From: Octopus sinensis
Taxonomy: Eukaryota
NCBI RefSeq assembly: GCF_006345805.1
Contig: NC_042999.1
Location: forward strand, 35,650,001-35,714,000
DNA: 64,000 bases
Direction of reading: 5' to 3'
The first letter of the stretch is position 1; every line of letters starts with the position of its first letter. The notes below the pieces were generated by a model. The model had not been told where the DNA came from and did no database searches. It worked only from the letters and a program-made list of their open reading frames with translations. Of the stretch, positions 1-12,701 are shown piece by piece. The translations under genes were made by a program, and so were the position numbers.

Positions 1-198
1 TGTCTGTGTTTGTCCCCCTAGCATTGCTTGACAACCGATGCTGGTGTGTTTACATCCCCGTCACTTAGCAGTTCGGCAAAAGAGACCGATAGAATAAGTA
101 CTGGGCTTACAAAGAATAAGTCCCGGGGTCGATTTGCTCGACTAAAGGTGGTGCTCCAGCATGGCCGTAGTCAAATGACTGAAACAAGTAAAAGAGTA
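1..198 (+). mobile_element. SINE family A, 3' part
   Basis: Matches the 3' half of 10014-10423. Confidence 0.8.
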
Positions 199-315
199 AT
201 CACATCATCAAAAATTTCAAAGCTACAAGATAATGCATGATTAATTAAGAACTATGTGAATAAATAAGCATTACATTTGATAGATTAATCTAAATGCTTA
301 TGGGTTTAGCTGCTG

Positions 316-690
316 ATCATCATCATCATCATCATCATCGTCGTTTAGCGTCCGTTTTCCATGCTAGCATGGGTTGGACGGTTCTACTGGGGTCTGTGAA
401 GCCAGAAGGCTTCAGCAGGCCCAGTCAAATCTGGCAGTGTTTCTACGGCTGGATGCCCTTCCTAACGCCAACCACTCCGTGAGTGTAGTGGGTGCTTTTT
501 ACGTGCCACCCGCACAGGTGCCAGACAGAGCTGGCAAACGGCCACGAACGGATGGTGCTTTTTATGTGCCACCGGCACAAGGGCCAGGCGAGGCTGGCAA
601 TGGACACGAAACGGGGCGGTGCTGGCAACGGTCGCGAAACGGAAGGTTCTCTTACATGCCACTGGCACTGGTAACACATCTGCAATTTCC
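316..690 (-). mobile_element. SINE-like family B ((GAT)n tail, 5' tandem 62-68-nt units)
   Basis: On the minus strand: GGCGTTAGGAAGGGCATCCAG...GACGCTAAACGA(TGA)n. Confidence 0.75.
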
Positions 691-753
691 ATTGATCGAT
701 TTCCATTCTGATCATATGCAGGGTTAATAAATAGTCAGCAGGGAATAGTATTA

Positions 754-1161
754 TACTCTTTACTCTTTTACATGTTTCAGTCATTTGACTGCAGCCATGC
801 TGGAGCACCGCCTTTAGTCGAGGAAATAGACCCCAGGACTTTTTATTTGTTAGTCTAGTACTTATTCTATCGGTCTCTTTTGACGAACTGCTAAGTTACC
901 GGGACGTAAACACACCAGCATTGGTTGTCAAGCGATGTTGAGAGTGGGGTGGGGAGACGAACACAGACACACAAACACACACACATACATATATATACGA
1001 CAGGCTTCTTTCAGTTTCCATCTACCAAATCCACTGACAAGGCTTTGGTCTGCCCGAGGCTATAGTAGAAGACACTTGCCCAAGGTGCCATGCAGTGGGA
1101 GTGAACCTGGAACCATGTGGTTGGTAAGCAAGCTACTTACCACACAACCACTCCTGCACCT
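754..1161 (-). mobile_element. SINE family A (tRNA-like head, internal microsatellite, AAGAGTA tail)
   Basis: Reverse complement of the family A consensus. Confidence 0.85.
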
Positions 1162-1954
1162 ATATTATGCTAATTAATGATGTTTGAAATGAACAGACAA
1201 TCAATTTTAGTTGATAGACAAGACCTTATATTACTGGTTCCAGTTAATGACTTTTAATATGTTGCAGCAAAGTATAAGTTAACATTGAACCTTGTCAACA
1301 ACTTAATTTTTTTTATTCTTGATATTTTTGTATGCACCTGTACAGGTGACACGTAAAAGACACCTGTGCCAGTGGCAATTAAAAGACACCTAGTACACTC
1401 TATGGGGTGGTTGACTTTAAGAAGGGCATCCAGCCATAAAAACCAAACCAAAACAGACTGGAGCCTGGTGCAGCTCACCAGTTCCATCAAACGTTCTTAC
1501 TTATGTCAGCATGAAAAATGGACACTAAATGATGAGTTGTTAATGGCCTTGATTATTATATGAATATACAACTATTTATCCCTCTTACTCAAACTTCTTG
1601 GGCAACATGTCTACTTAGAAACCACTTCAATATATCCTCCTATGGACTTTATGATAGTGTCAGATCAAATCAAGAATATAAGTACTAAAACACATGCACG
1701 TACATGTGTGTGTGTGAATATTTACTTAGTGTTCTCACCCTTGTCATTTCAAGCAATGATTATGTTTATGCATTTACATCCTCCTGTAAACGATATTTCA
1801 TGTAGCTCTGCAGTTTTATTTGATTTGGTGTGTGAAGACTAGTTCAATAAAAATACCTCGCTAATCTAACAGATAAGAGTTGGCAATAGGAAGGACATTG
1901 ACCATAGAGTGCTGTCTCAATAAGACTCTTCTAATCCATGCTAGTATGGAATAA

Positions 1955-2381
1955 GCTTTATATGCACTTTCTGACAAGTTGTGGTGCACCTGAGCACTGT
2001 ATACCATAATTTCATTATTATTAAAATAGAACTCGTTCACTCTTAGAATTACTAGATACCTGGCAGTATTATGGTATACTACCAATTGTGAAAAATAAAA
2101 AGGAAACATTTTTTCATGCTGAGAGTTGCAGAAGCATGGAACAGACTGCCAGCATCAGTTGTTAGTTGTCGGAGCACTGCATCCTTCAAAACTTCCATGC
2201 TTTCTGAAATTCGCCAACACTACACTTGACTTTCTCCCCTCCATATACACACAAGCATGTATCTGACTCATACGTTATTCGCTTTCCAGACATTTGTACA
2301 TTACTGCTTATGCTTTATACGCACTTTCTGACAAGTTGTGGTGCACCTGAGCACTGTATACAATAATTTCATTATTATTAT
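1955..2381 (+). mobile_element. CR1/L2-type LINE 3' ends (two in tandem) with (ATT)n tails
   Basis: FFMLRVAEAWNRLPASVVSCRSTASFKTSM resembles a CR1-like RT C-terminus; the 3' UTR end ...gcactgtatacaataatttc(att)n occurs at about 2020 and 2380. Confidence 0.75.
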
Positions 2382-2493
2382 AAAAAAAAAAAACATGAAT
2401 AAATAAAATTATAGTTTAATTTTGTTCATTAAAACAAATCTTTCTTGTGTCCAAATTATGATGATGATAATTTCAAATCCTGTTTTGTGACAG

Positions 2494-2616
2494 GGCTCAG
2501 CGTAAAGCCAAGTGGGAGCAGGAAAAAGTCGAAAGGGAGCTGATGCAGAAAGAGATGAGAGAGAAGAAGATGCAAGAAAATCAGATGACTGCTGCTGAGA
2601 GAGAAGCTGCACGAAG
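2494..2616 (+). CDS. UBXN4: UBX domain-containing protein 4 (erasin), internal exon (coiled-coil region)
   Basis: cag|G...AG|gtaaat. Translates (R)AQRKAKWEQEKVERELMQKEMREKKMQENQMTAAEREAAR; its phase joins the next exon in frame. Confidence 0.9.
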
Positions 2617-4832
2617 GTAAATATCAAATTTAGAATTAGGTCACATTTTCTTACTATTTTACATATCAAAGAAGGTAAAAAGAGAGAAAATAGAAAGCTT
2701 CTGACAATGCTGATAGTTTTATAAAACCTTTATATTTCGGGCACAAAGCCCATCAGAAGAAGAATGTCTAGTTTATGCAGGTTCTATTAACCCATTCAAA
2801 TCCCCTAGCATTATGTAGCAGTCACTCTCTAAGCATAGGTGTAATTGTGTCAATTACACTGATGCTTGGAGAGTGACTGCTGCATATAAACAAAAGAATG
2901 AATGTTGGTCAGCAAGCTTTTTTAAGAATATTATTTGAAATGTTCTATAAAGATGTTTATGCTTCATCTTTACAGGAAACAGTAACTAATTGGCTGAGTC
3001 ATAAATTCATCAGACAAATTGTTTCATAATATTTTATTCTGGCACCTTGCATTCTAAGTTCAAATCTCACTGGAAGTCAACTGGCTGAATCATAAGTGCA
3101 TCACACAAATTGCTTTGCAGTATTTTATCCTGGTAACTTGCATTCTGAGTTCAAAGCACATTGGTGTCATCCTTCCAATGTCACTAAATAAACTACCAAT
3201 TTAGTCGTGACGGACTGACAGAAATGGTAGAATGTTAGACAGAATACCTTGCTGTATTTGTTTTGACTCTTTGTATTCTGGGTGCAAATCCCATCTTAAT
3301 CTATGTCAGTGGTAGGCTTATTCCACTGTATGATTTTACACTACCACGTGGTACTTCAGTTATCTTTTAGCAGAATCCTCTCATTTGCAAGCATTTGGGT
3401 GAGGTCTCCACATTCAGGATAACCTTCTCCTTTTCTTCTTACAGTCATGGAGGTCTTGTAAGGGATCTTGAGTACTGTAGTCCACCTGTGACTAAGCAAT
3501 AAAAAAAAAAATACAGAAAAGAAACTAGATATGCAGATCAGTTCCTATGGATCAATGTCATTTGAGAAATCCTTCTATCTATTTTTGCCACCCACTATTC
3601 CTCAGTTACCTCCTCCATGAACCAACAATTCAGTGCATCATGTTTATGTGTATATGAAATTTAATTTAATTTATTTTGTTTTCAAAATTTCTAATCTTTT
3701 CGACTTTGTGAATAAGTGGTAATGTTTGAGATTGTTAACATTAACAGCCATTGAATAAATGGTAGCATTTTCAATTGTTAATAGTCCGAAAACCGTTTTT
3801 CTCCTATCTATACAAGTATACCATTTCATTACTGTTATTTTGCAAACCTAGGATGGTATTTTTTTTCCTTTTTAGGATTCCAGTTGGTTACAAACATTTA
3901 CTAATTTAAAATGAGCCCTATGGAGCAGATTTTATCAGAGAAAGGTCCTAGGCACATTTATTGAATAGATTTTTCTATTGTTTAGATAGAAAACTTTGAA
4001 ATGGAAAAGATGTTCTGAATTGTCATGCATGGAATTGTTGTTAGTGAACTGTCACATGGGCAATTATTGGGGTGCCACCTCCTCCATAGAGTTCTGTCAG
4101 AAGCAACTGTCATTACATTTTCCTGCTGGATTCCTAAACATGACCGACTGAAACTATGGATTTATCCAAATGTCTTGTCCTTGGTTTACCCTCAGTTTTC
4201 TGCTGGTTGACTTGGCTTGAAGATTCTGTAAAATAATCCTTTCTACTATGGGTACAAGGCCTGAAATTTTTTTGGTAGGGGGAGTCTAGTCAGTGACATC
4301 AACCCCAGTGTTCAACTAGTACTTATTTTATCAACCCCAGTTCTCAACTGGTACATATTTCATTGACCCTGAAAGGTGAAAGGCAAAGTCAACCTTGGCA
4401 GAATTTGAACTCAGAACACGAAGAAGGATAAAATATTTAGCAGCATTTGTCCCAGTGTGCTAATGATTCTGCCAGCTCATTGTCTTAATTCTGTGAAATA
4501 ATCCTTTCTTATATAGGCACAAAACCTGGAATTAGTGGGAAGGGGGCTAGTCAATTTCATTGACTCTGAAAGGATAAAAGGCAAAGTCAACCTTCGTGGA
4601 ATTCAAACTCAGAACATAAAAACGGACAAAATACTGCTAAGCAATTTGTCCAGCATGCTTAATGATTCTGCCAGCTCACTGCATTAATTCTGTGAAATAT
4701 TAAAATGAAATATCTATTTGGTTGTCACTTTCTGATTATTTTATCTAATTATGAATATGGATTTTATAAAGTGTCTTACTTTCTCATTGTTATGTTTTTA
4801 TATATATATATATACTTTTAAACTATTTCCAG

Positions 4833-4935
4833 AGAAATCTCCCGAATTCAGTTTCGCTTACCAGATGGTTCTGCAATAACGCAACAGTTTAAATCCTCTG
4901 AACCACTTTCAGTAGCCTGCAGTTTTATTTCTCAA
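4833..4935 (+). CDS. UBXN4: UBXN4 exon, N-terminal half of UBX domain
   Basis: ccag|...|gttagt. Translates EISRIQFRLPDGSAITQQFKSSEPLSVACSFISQ, with the UBX RIQFRLPDG motif. Confidence 0.95.
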
Positions 4936-5673
4936 GTTAGTATTGTATTTTTGTCTTACTCTCTGTCTTTTTCTACGTTTGTACAGCTAAGGGCTTTCAT
5001 CTTATTTGTTAAAATCTAACATAAACATTGCCTTCTTTTTTTCTTTTTATCACAGTTTTAGAATAGGTATACAGCATCCCTGCATATTTTAAGAAGCAAC
5101 TAAAATGTTAGACAACAGGAAGAGCATCTGATTGTAAAACATGGCCTTTGAGTATCTGTCAACATGTGCCGAAGGAAAAAAAAACTAACATAAAATGATG
5201 ACGACTATGATTAGAATTTTTTTTCCATATCTGTCTTGTTTAGAATAGCCTTTTACTATAAATGGGTGAAAATATAAAGTTTTCATTTCTGTTTTATATT
5301 TTTGCAATTTTATAAGTTGTAAAATGAAAGGATCAAACTGACAATTTTTAGATTTGTCTTTCATTAATAATGTTGAATAATGCAGTCTAGAGATTAACGC
5401 ATTCAACTGGAGAAAAGAAGTTTGTTTAATCAACATTCATGCTTTGATTTTTTTTCTTTCTTTACATTGAGCATGTTGTCCTGACAGTTTGGGATCATGT
5501 TCTTCTATTTTTAATGTTAAGAGTGATTCAGCTACCACATTTGCTCAAGTAACTATGTCCATACTGATATCTATATGGGAACTAGATATCTGTGCAGCTC
5601 TTAAAAGTTCACCAAGTTTTCTCTATGCTGCATGTCTACCTCAGCAGAGCTGAGTTTGCTAAATAACAACAAG

Positions 5674-6040
5674 TATCCGAATCGTGGCCGATGCCAGCGC
5701 CGCCTCGACTGGCTTCCGTGTCGGTGGCACGTAAAAAGCACCATCCGAATCGTGGCCGAAGCCAGTGCCGCCTCGACTGGCTTCCGTGCAGGTGGCACGT
5801 AAAATGCACCAATCCGACCATGGCCGATGCTAGCCTCGCCTGGCTTCAGTGCGGGTGGCACGTAAAAAGCACCCACTACACTCACGGAGTGGTTGGCGTT
5901 AGGAAGGGCATCCAGCTGTAGAAACATTGCCAGATAAGACCGGAGCCTGGTACAGCCTCCTGGCTTCCCAGATCCCCGGTCGAACCGTCCAACCCATGCT
6001 AGCATGGAGAACGGACGTTAAACGATGATGATGATGATTG
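5674..6040 (+). mobile_element. SINE-like family B
   Basis: About 3 tandem units, then the body and (GAT)n tail. Confidence 0.8.
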
Positions 6041-6139
6041 AGATGCTAGTAGTTTTGATAATTATATACAAGACTTGTGATTTTGTAATTTGTCAAAATT
6101 TTTTTTTTCTCAATGTTGATTTCCTGTTGCATTTTCTAG

Positions 6140-6262
6140 CATGCTGGTTCAAACATCCAGCTGTATACAATGTTCCCAAAGCGAACTTTCACTGCTCAGG
6201 ACATGACTTCAAGTTTATTATCTCTTGAACTTGTACCCAGTGCTGTTATTCTCGTCATACCG
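6140..6262 (+). CDS. UBXN4: UBXN4 exon, C-terminal half of UBX domain
   Basis: tctag|...|gtaagt. Translates HAGSNIQLYTMFPKRTFTAQDMTSSLLSLELVPSAVILVIP (FPR-like loop, LxPS motif). Confidence 0.95.
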
Positions 6263-6452
6263 GTAAGTGGAAAGTGACCATTAGCTTGTACAATTATTGT
6301 ATTTGCACAAAATAACTTGCAAACTTGCTGTAAAGTATGTTGTACATCTTATCTCAGTTTCTCTTTGAAGAAATATACTATTCTCATTTCATTCTATGGT
6401 TAGAAGTTTATTCAGCTCTTAATACTAAAAGTACCAGGTATCTTATTTTTCT

Positions 6453-6835
6453 AGGCACGTAAAAAGCACCATCTGAACGTGGCCGATGCCAGCACCGCCT
6501 AGACTGGCTTCCGTGCCGGCGGCACGTAAAAAGCACTATCCGAATCGTGGCCGATGCCAGCGCCGCCTTGACTGGCTTCCATGCCGGTGGCACGTAAAAT
6601 GCACCAATCCGATCGTGGCCGTTGCCAGCCTCGCCTGGCACCTGTGCAGGTGGCACGTAAAAAGCACCCACTACACTCACGGAGTGGTTGGCGTTAGGAA
6701 GGGCATCCAGCTGTAGAAACACTGCCAGATCAGACTGGAGCCTGGTGCAGCCTTCTGGCTTCCCAGACCCCCGGTCGAACCGTCCAACCCATGCTAGCAT
6801 GGAGAACAGACGTTAAACGATGATGATGATGATGT
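6453..6835 (+). mobile_element. SINE-like family B
   Basis: About 3 tandem units, then the body and tail. Confidence 0.8.
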
Positions 6836-6974
6836 CCAAGTTTTAAGAAAAATCTGTAAAATATCAAATAATGAAATAATAACAAAATATAAAACGACAT
6901 GAAAGCTCAACATGCAAACTTCCATGTGCTTTAGAAACCCTAGAAACTGTTCATCTCATATGGGAATGGATTGT

Positions 6975-7570
6975 CTCTCCACCCTTATCAAGAAACTTAA
7001 CCCTTTAGCATTCATATTCTTTCAAAAGTAATGCTTATTCATTCGCATTGTTTTGAATTATTCATGTATTATCTCACAGCTTTGAGATTTTGAAGAGGTG
7101 GCTGTTAATCTTTAGAATGATATTGTAGAGCTTGTGTGAGAGGCCAGATCTGGCCAGGTGGAATATTTTGTCTGGACATAAACGTTTTAAATGCTAAAGG
7201 GTTTACTCATACAAGCCCCCTCTGTTGACTTCGCCATCTTGCCATTGTACTTGGCAAGTATTTCATCTGTTTTAGTGGCCATCAGCTTCATTACCACTAT
7301 TATAATGAGAAAGAATACAAATAGTACATCTTCCTCTATTTGTATAATCTGGATTTATTATGGCAATTCTCCTTTTGTGTATATTGGTTTTAGCAGATGC
7401 TATCACAATACTTTAACAGATTGTAATGTTGATATCTTTTTTGATCTTAGAGGAAGAGGAAATCCAACACTTTATCAACACCTTTTTTTTTTTGGTTATC
7501 TCAAAGTATATATTTTAATTTTATCTAGATTTGGAATCATTTCCTGCATTTTATCTCATGGCATTTCAAA
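6975..7570 (+). pseudogene. cox1: Nuclear mitochondrial insertion (NUMT) of COX1, degraded, interrupted by a MITE
   Basis: Conceptual translation PPLSSNL/HTSPSVDFAI...AITML-TD...FFD-RGRGNPTLYQHLF-FFG...VYILI matches COX1 helices IV-VII, with frameshifts and stops. Confidence 0.9.
7001..7201. mobile_element. piggyBac-type MITE
   Basis: TTAA|CCCTTTAGCA...TGCTAAAGGG|TTTA (right TSD mutated); same family as 8729, 17024 and 25850. Confidence 0.8.
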
Positions 7571-8174
7571 TACAGGACTGTTAAAATAGTTGTTCTAATA
7601 ATTCATATGCATATATAATACACGTATATACATTATGCATCATATATTATACACAAACCTACAAATCACTGTGGTAACTGAATAGTTAAATATATTGGGT
7701 TTACAGGTCATTATTTCAAAAGCATTTCTTGGGTTTGTATTAGCTCTTTGGATAAGAATGTTCCATTTGTGTTGACTTACTTTACCACAAATAAACCAAT
7801 AATTGTGGTGAGTTGTTGCTGTCGGGATATTCAACTCTAAGAATATTAATCACTGAGCAGCTGATTAGCATTTACATGTTAGGGTAGATAGACAAACAAG
7901 TCCACTTTCAGTTTTATATGCTTACACATACATACAAATATACAGATGTAGATCTACTCAGGTGCATACACATAAACATAATATATGCTTGACCAGATGA
8001 TTTCTTTCAAAATTGGTCCTCACAAAGATTTTTGCATGAGCGGTCTTTTGTTTTTAAATTCAGTGTTGCTAACATCATTTGTAATGACGTAGATGTATGT
8101 GTGTGTGTGTGAGTGTACATATACACCTTTAAGAAATAGATATTGGTCTGTACCCAAAGTTGTCTTATATTTAA

Positions 8175-8471
8175 CTAGCAGTTTCGCCCGGCGTTGCTCG
8201 GGGCTTGTAAGGGAAATAACTATATAAGCATTTTTAGAGAGTTACTTCCCTTATATAATAGCAAAAAAATGCATTAAAAATGGGAAAAAATTATGGTAAA
8301 TTTTTTTTTAAATCGTAGACTCATCATGGACGCGCGCTAATACCCAGAAGGGCTCGATATGAATCACGACTATAAGATACCCGCTTTTGGTTAAACTGCA
8401 CTGCAAAACATGGGAGTAAGGAATCTAAATCGTAGGAGACAGACACACAACTTCACTTTTATATATAAAGA
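8175..8471 (-). mobile_element. Non-autonomous Helitron-like element
   Basis: On the minus strand it runs A|TC...CCCGAGCAACGCCGGG hairpin...CTAG|T; no TSD. Confidence 0.75.
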
Positions 8472-8728
8472 TTACTTATTGGCACAAGCATGGTTGTGTG
8501 GTTGTTAGGCTTTCACTTCCCAACCACATGGCTTCAGGTTCAGTACCACTGCATGGAAATTTGGGCAAGTGTCTTCTACTATAGCTCCTGACCAAAGCCT
8601 TATGAGTGGATTTGATAGATGGAAACTCAAAGAAGCTCATTATGTATGCACCTATACACACACACACACACACACATACATGAAGAAGGGAAAGAAAAGG
8701 GAAAATAGCAAAGCTTACTATGTGTTAA

Positions 8729-8947
8729 CCCTTTAGTGTTCTGATTATTCTATCAAACATAATGCTAATTGATTCACATTGATTTGAATTAATCATGCAT
8801 TATCTCATATCTTCAAGATCTTGATGGTGTAATTACCTAATGTAGATTAACATTGTAGGGTAGGTGTGAGAGCCTGGATCTGGTCAGTTTGAACATAAAA
8901 CAGATTAGATATTTTGGCTGGATATGGCCAGTTTAAATACTAATGGG
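8729..8947. mobile_element. piggyBac-type MITE
   Basis: TTAA TSD on both sides; CCCTTTAG-type TIR. Confidence 0.8.
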
Positions 8948-9096
8948 TTAAGGCCCATCCTCAGAAGCAAATTACAACCCGCGCACACACACACACATAT
9001 ATCATTATCATCTGTCTTCCATGCTAGCATGGGGGTTGATGGGGTAGTGGTGACTGTTGGTGCAGTGTTTTTATTTGTTTTTATTCTTATTTCCAG

Positions 9097-9296
9097 ATAA
9101 AATCAGTTTTGGCTCCAAAAACGTACTCCAACAATTTTCTTGGTATGATACTAGCACCTCTATTTACATTGTTGAACTTTATATATGGAATAATATTTGG
9201 AACTCCAGCCAATCCAAACCCAGGAGATAGTAGAACCACAAATAAAGACAATGAAAACACAGTTCCATCGAGTACAACTTCTCAACGGCCGTCAAC
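9097..9296 (+). CDS. UBXN4: UBXN4 exon, hydrophobic ER-membrane segment
   Basis: ccag|...|gtaagt. Translates IKSVLAPKTYSNNFLGMILAPLFTLLNFIYGIIFGTPANP...; phases fit both neighbours. Confidence 0.9.
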
Positions 9297-9337
9297 GTAA
9301 GTTTATTTTATTTTATTTTATTTTTTACTCTACTAGT

Positions 9338-9474
9338 TCATCATCATCATCATTGTTCGACCGTGGTCGAGACAATGGAATTTACCATGCTACGCCAGAC
9401 TTCACGGTCCATCATGGCATTACGGAGGTCCTGTTGCTGGATGCCTGTATCCCTGGAGATTACATCTGGGTAGT
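9338..9474 (-). mobile_element. RTE-type LINE 3' end
   Basis: PDVISRDTGIQQQDLRNAMMDREVWRSMV...stop followed by an (ATG)n tail. Confidence 0.65.
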
Positions 9475-10013
9475 TAGAATTTCTCATGATTGAGCAAATC
9501 TGATTAAAAGCATGCCAGCCATAACATGACCATCCTGTCTTTTTATATCGCTTGCTACAATGTCTTGATCATTTATTTTTCTGAAGTAGTATTGTGTGTG
9601 ATTTGAGGGAGAGCTGGGTGCTATTTTCCAGCAGGTTGAGGGACCACGTAGAGCCTCACTTGATAGCTTGTTGTTTCAATTGTTGTCAATACAGTGGTTG
9701 GCTTTCAACTTCCAGTATAAGGAGTAGTTAGTTCCTGGGGTCGTCGACTAAAGAAGTAGCTTTGTTCATCTGACCAAAGAGAACAGAATAGCTAGGAATT
9801 AAGCATTGTTGTGTTCATTCCAAAAAAAATCAGCATACAGAAGCTATCATAGAAATTTTAGCTGGTTAAGACAAGTCTGATATTGTGAGTATTAAAAAGA
9901 AATGATAAGACCGGAGCCTGGTGCAGCCTTCTGGCTTCCCAGATCCCCGGTCGAACCGTCCAACCCATGCTAGCATGGAGAACGGACGTTAAACGATGAT
10001 GATGATTATTAAT

Positions 10014-10423
10014 AGGCGCAGGAGTGGCTGTGTGGTAAGTAGCTTGTTTACCAACCACATGGTTCCGGGTTCAGTCCCACTGCGTGGCACCTCGGGCAAG
10101 TGTCTTCTACTATAGCCTCGGGCCAACCAAAGCCTTGTGAGTGAATTTGGTAGACGGAAACTGAAAGAAGCCTGTCGTATATATGTATATATATATATAT
10201 GCGTGTGTGTGTTTGTGTGTCTGTGTTTGTCCCCCTAGCATTGCTAGACGACCGATGCTGATGTGTTTATGTCCCTGTTACTTAGCGGTTCGGCAAAAGA
10301 GACCGATAGAATAAGTACTGGGCTTACAAAAGAATAAGTCCCGGGGTCGAGTTGCTCGACTAAAGGCGGTGCTCCAGCATGGCCGCAGTCAAATGACTGA
10401 AACAAGTAAAAGAGTAAAGAGTA
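10014..10423 (+). mobile_element. SINE family A, full length
   Basis: GGCTGTGTGG and GGTTCAGTCC box-like head, CORE-like CTCGGGCAAGTGTCTT, TA/TG tract, (AAGAGTA)n tail. Confidence 0.88.
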
Positions 10424-10667
10424 ATAAAACAGTGAGAACAAGGATTTTCAGATTTATACTGCATTTTATCATCATCATCACCCACATTTTATGTCTGCTC
10501 CTTCAAGCTGGCAAAACTTGAATGGATTTTCTGAGGTATAGATTTGTGGCTAGGTACCTTTCTTGTCATGAATCTTTCCAGTTAATACTTACAGCATGTA
10601 GGGATGCAGTGAACCCATTCTAAAAGCAGAATACACATCTAGATATACTCTCTCTCTCTCTCTCTTG

Positions 10668-10875
10668 TACTCTTTTACTTGTTTCAGTCATTTGACTGTG
10701 GCCATGCTGGAGCACCGCCTTTTAGTCGAGCAAATCGACCCCAGGACTTATTCTTTGTAAGCCTAGTACTTATTCTATCGGTCTTTTTTGCCGAACCGCT
10801 AAGTTACGGGGACGTAAACACATCAGCATCGGTTGTCAAGCGATGTTGGGAGGACAAACACAGACATACAAACAT

Positions 10876-10907
<32 letters not shown>

Positions 10908-11070
10908 GACGGGCTTCTTTCAGTTTCTGTCTACCAAATCCACTCACAAGGCTTTGGTTGGCTCGAGGCTATAATAGAAGACACTTGCCCAAGGTGCCAT
11001 GCAGTGGGACTGAACCCGGAACCATGTGGTTCATAAGCAAGCTACTTACCACACAACCACTCCTACGCCT
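10668..11070 (-). mobile_element. SINE family A, full length, inverted relative to 10014
   Basis: Reverse complement of the neighbouring copy. Confidence 0.88.
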
Positions 11071-11830
11071 ATATAAAACATTTTCTGAATATTTTCATAG
11101 AATAAAACTGATGCAAATATCACCATTATTATCGTTTTTAACATTTGCTTTCCATGCTGGCATGCAGGAAATTGGCAAGCTACAGGGCTGTGTCAAGCTC
11201 TAGTGTCATCTTTGGCGTGGTTTCTATGGCTGGATGCCCTTCTTAACACCAGCCACTTAAGAGTGTACTGGGTGCTTTTTTACATGCGATCAGCACTAGT
11301 GAGCTTGCCATGTAACTTACAAGATGGCAAAGAACTGGGAAACAACTCTCACTATTAAGAAAACGTATTTGGGAGGGGGGGGGGCTTTGTGCCAGGTGTG
11401 ATAGGAGGGACAAGCACAGGTGTCTTTCTATGGAGGAGATACATGGTGAATATATTTGCAAGAATTAAATTAATCAGTTTGTAGCTTCAGTATCGTAGGT
11501 AAAACTGAAATAGTAGTTATAATATTTGTCTGAGAAAACAGAAGTGGTTTTACCACAGTTTGTAGATAATAGTTATAGTGTTAGAGATTCAGCTGTAATA
11601 TATACTTTGCTAGTCTTTATTTATTTATCTATTAATTAACAATGAAAACAATTATGCTAGAATTGAAGTAGAAACATTTGCAAATTGTTGTTTTAATGTC
11701 TATGTTGATTGACAGTGGTGAATTAAGTATGAAAAGAAGCTTAACTGATTGCATTTTCTTGGTATCGTTGATGAGTTTGTTAGTAGAAATAAGATTTATT
11801 TCGATAATGTAAGCTGTAAAATGAATATAA

Positions 11831-12177
11831 AATGACTTTTACGGATTCCATGGACAGCGAGGCTCACCAATGGAGAAGTTCTTAAGTAGATCAGGCCGAA
11901 AATGTCGCTAGAAGCTAGGATCACCAAGCATAGATTGGCATATTTCGGTCATATTATGCGGAGAAAATCTCTGGAGAAGGACATCATGCTCAGAATGGTC
12001 AGTGGCAAGAGAGGAAGAGGCCGACCAAAAACCCGCTGGCTTGACACCATCAAGAGTGATACCGGAATGGACATAGCCTATCTGAAAGAAGCGGTCCAGG
12101 ATAGAACTGACTGGCGGACACTGATCCAACGAGTAACCGAGAGTCAACTTTGACTGAGCGGATAGATAGATAGATAG
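11831..12177 (+). mobile_element. RTE/BovB-like LINE, 5'-truncated
   Basis: RLAYFGHIMRRKSLEKDIML...RGRGRPKTRWLD; (GATA)n tail; 13-bp TSD AAAATGAATATAA at 11818 and 12178. Confidence 0.9.
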
Positions 12178-12577
12178 AAAATGAATATAATTTATATTTA
12201 TTGGCACAGGCCATGACACATAGAAGGCACCCACTACACTCTTGGAGTGGTTGGCATTAGGAAGGGCATCCTGCCATAGAAACCATGCCAAATCAGACTG
12301 GGACCTGGCTTACCAGTTTCAGTCAGACGATCTAACCCATGCCAGCACTGAAAGTAGACACTAAATGATGATGATGTAGCATGGCTGTCTAGTTAAGAAA
12401 CTCGCTTTTCAACCATGGTCTTAGATGATCCATTGTTAAAATTTAGCTTTAATAGAAAAATATAAATATAGCAAAACTGAAAGCATTGTCATAATAAAAT
12501 GTACCTTTCAAATAAACCTGAATACTTACTTTTCCTTTTTCTTCCCTCTCTTTAAATTTTTTTACTCTCTTCTTCAG

Positions 12578-12701
12578 AGCTTACAAGAGACGTTCATCAC
12601 CGATAAGTCGTCAAGAAGGCAACATCCATAAGTTTACCAGTAGTCAAGATGATGACGACGATCAGTCAACTTGGAATGGGAACTCTACGCAGCAAATGTG
12701 A
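12578..12701 (+). CDS. UBXN4: UBXN4 terminal coding exon
   Basis: ttcag|. Translates AYKRRSSPISRQEGNIHKFTSSQDDDDDQSTWNGNSTQQM-stop; TWNGNSTQQM is the characteristic UBXN4 C-terminus. Confidence 0.97.

Noticed and set aside
935-1177. Recurrent ORFs such as RQASFSFRLPNPLTRLWSARGYSRRHLPKV and LQLDALPNANHSVSVVGAFY
   Set aside because: Chance open frames within SINE families A and B, repeated with each copy.
5056-5100. Possible extra UBXN4 exon after cacag/ttttag
   Set aside because: In-frame stops; exon 4833-4935 splices in frame to 6140 without it.
5674-5880. CRISPR-like regularly spaced repeats
   Set aside because: Contiguous tandem units without unique spacers, in eukaryotic context with no cas genes.
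7630-7850. Extension of the NUMT (HFLGL-like motif)
   Set aside because: Only a five-residue match with no convincing flanking alignment.
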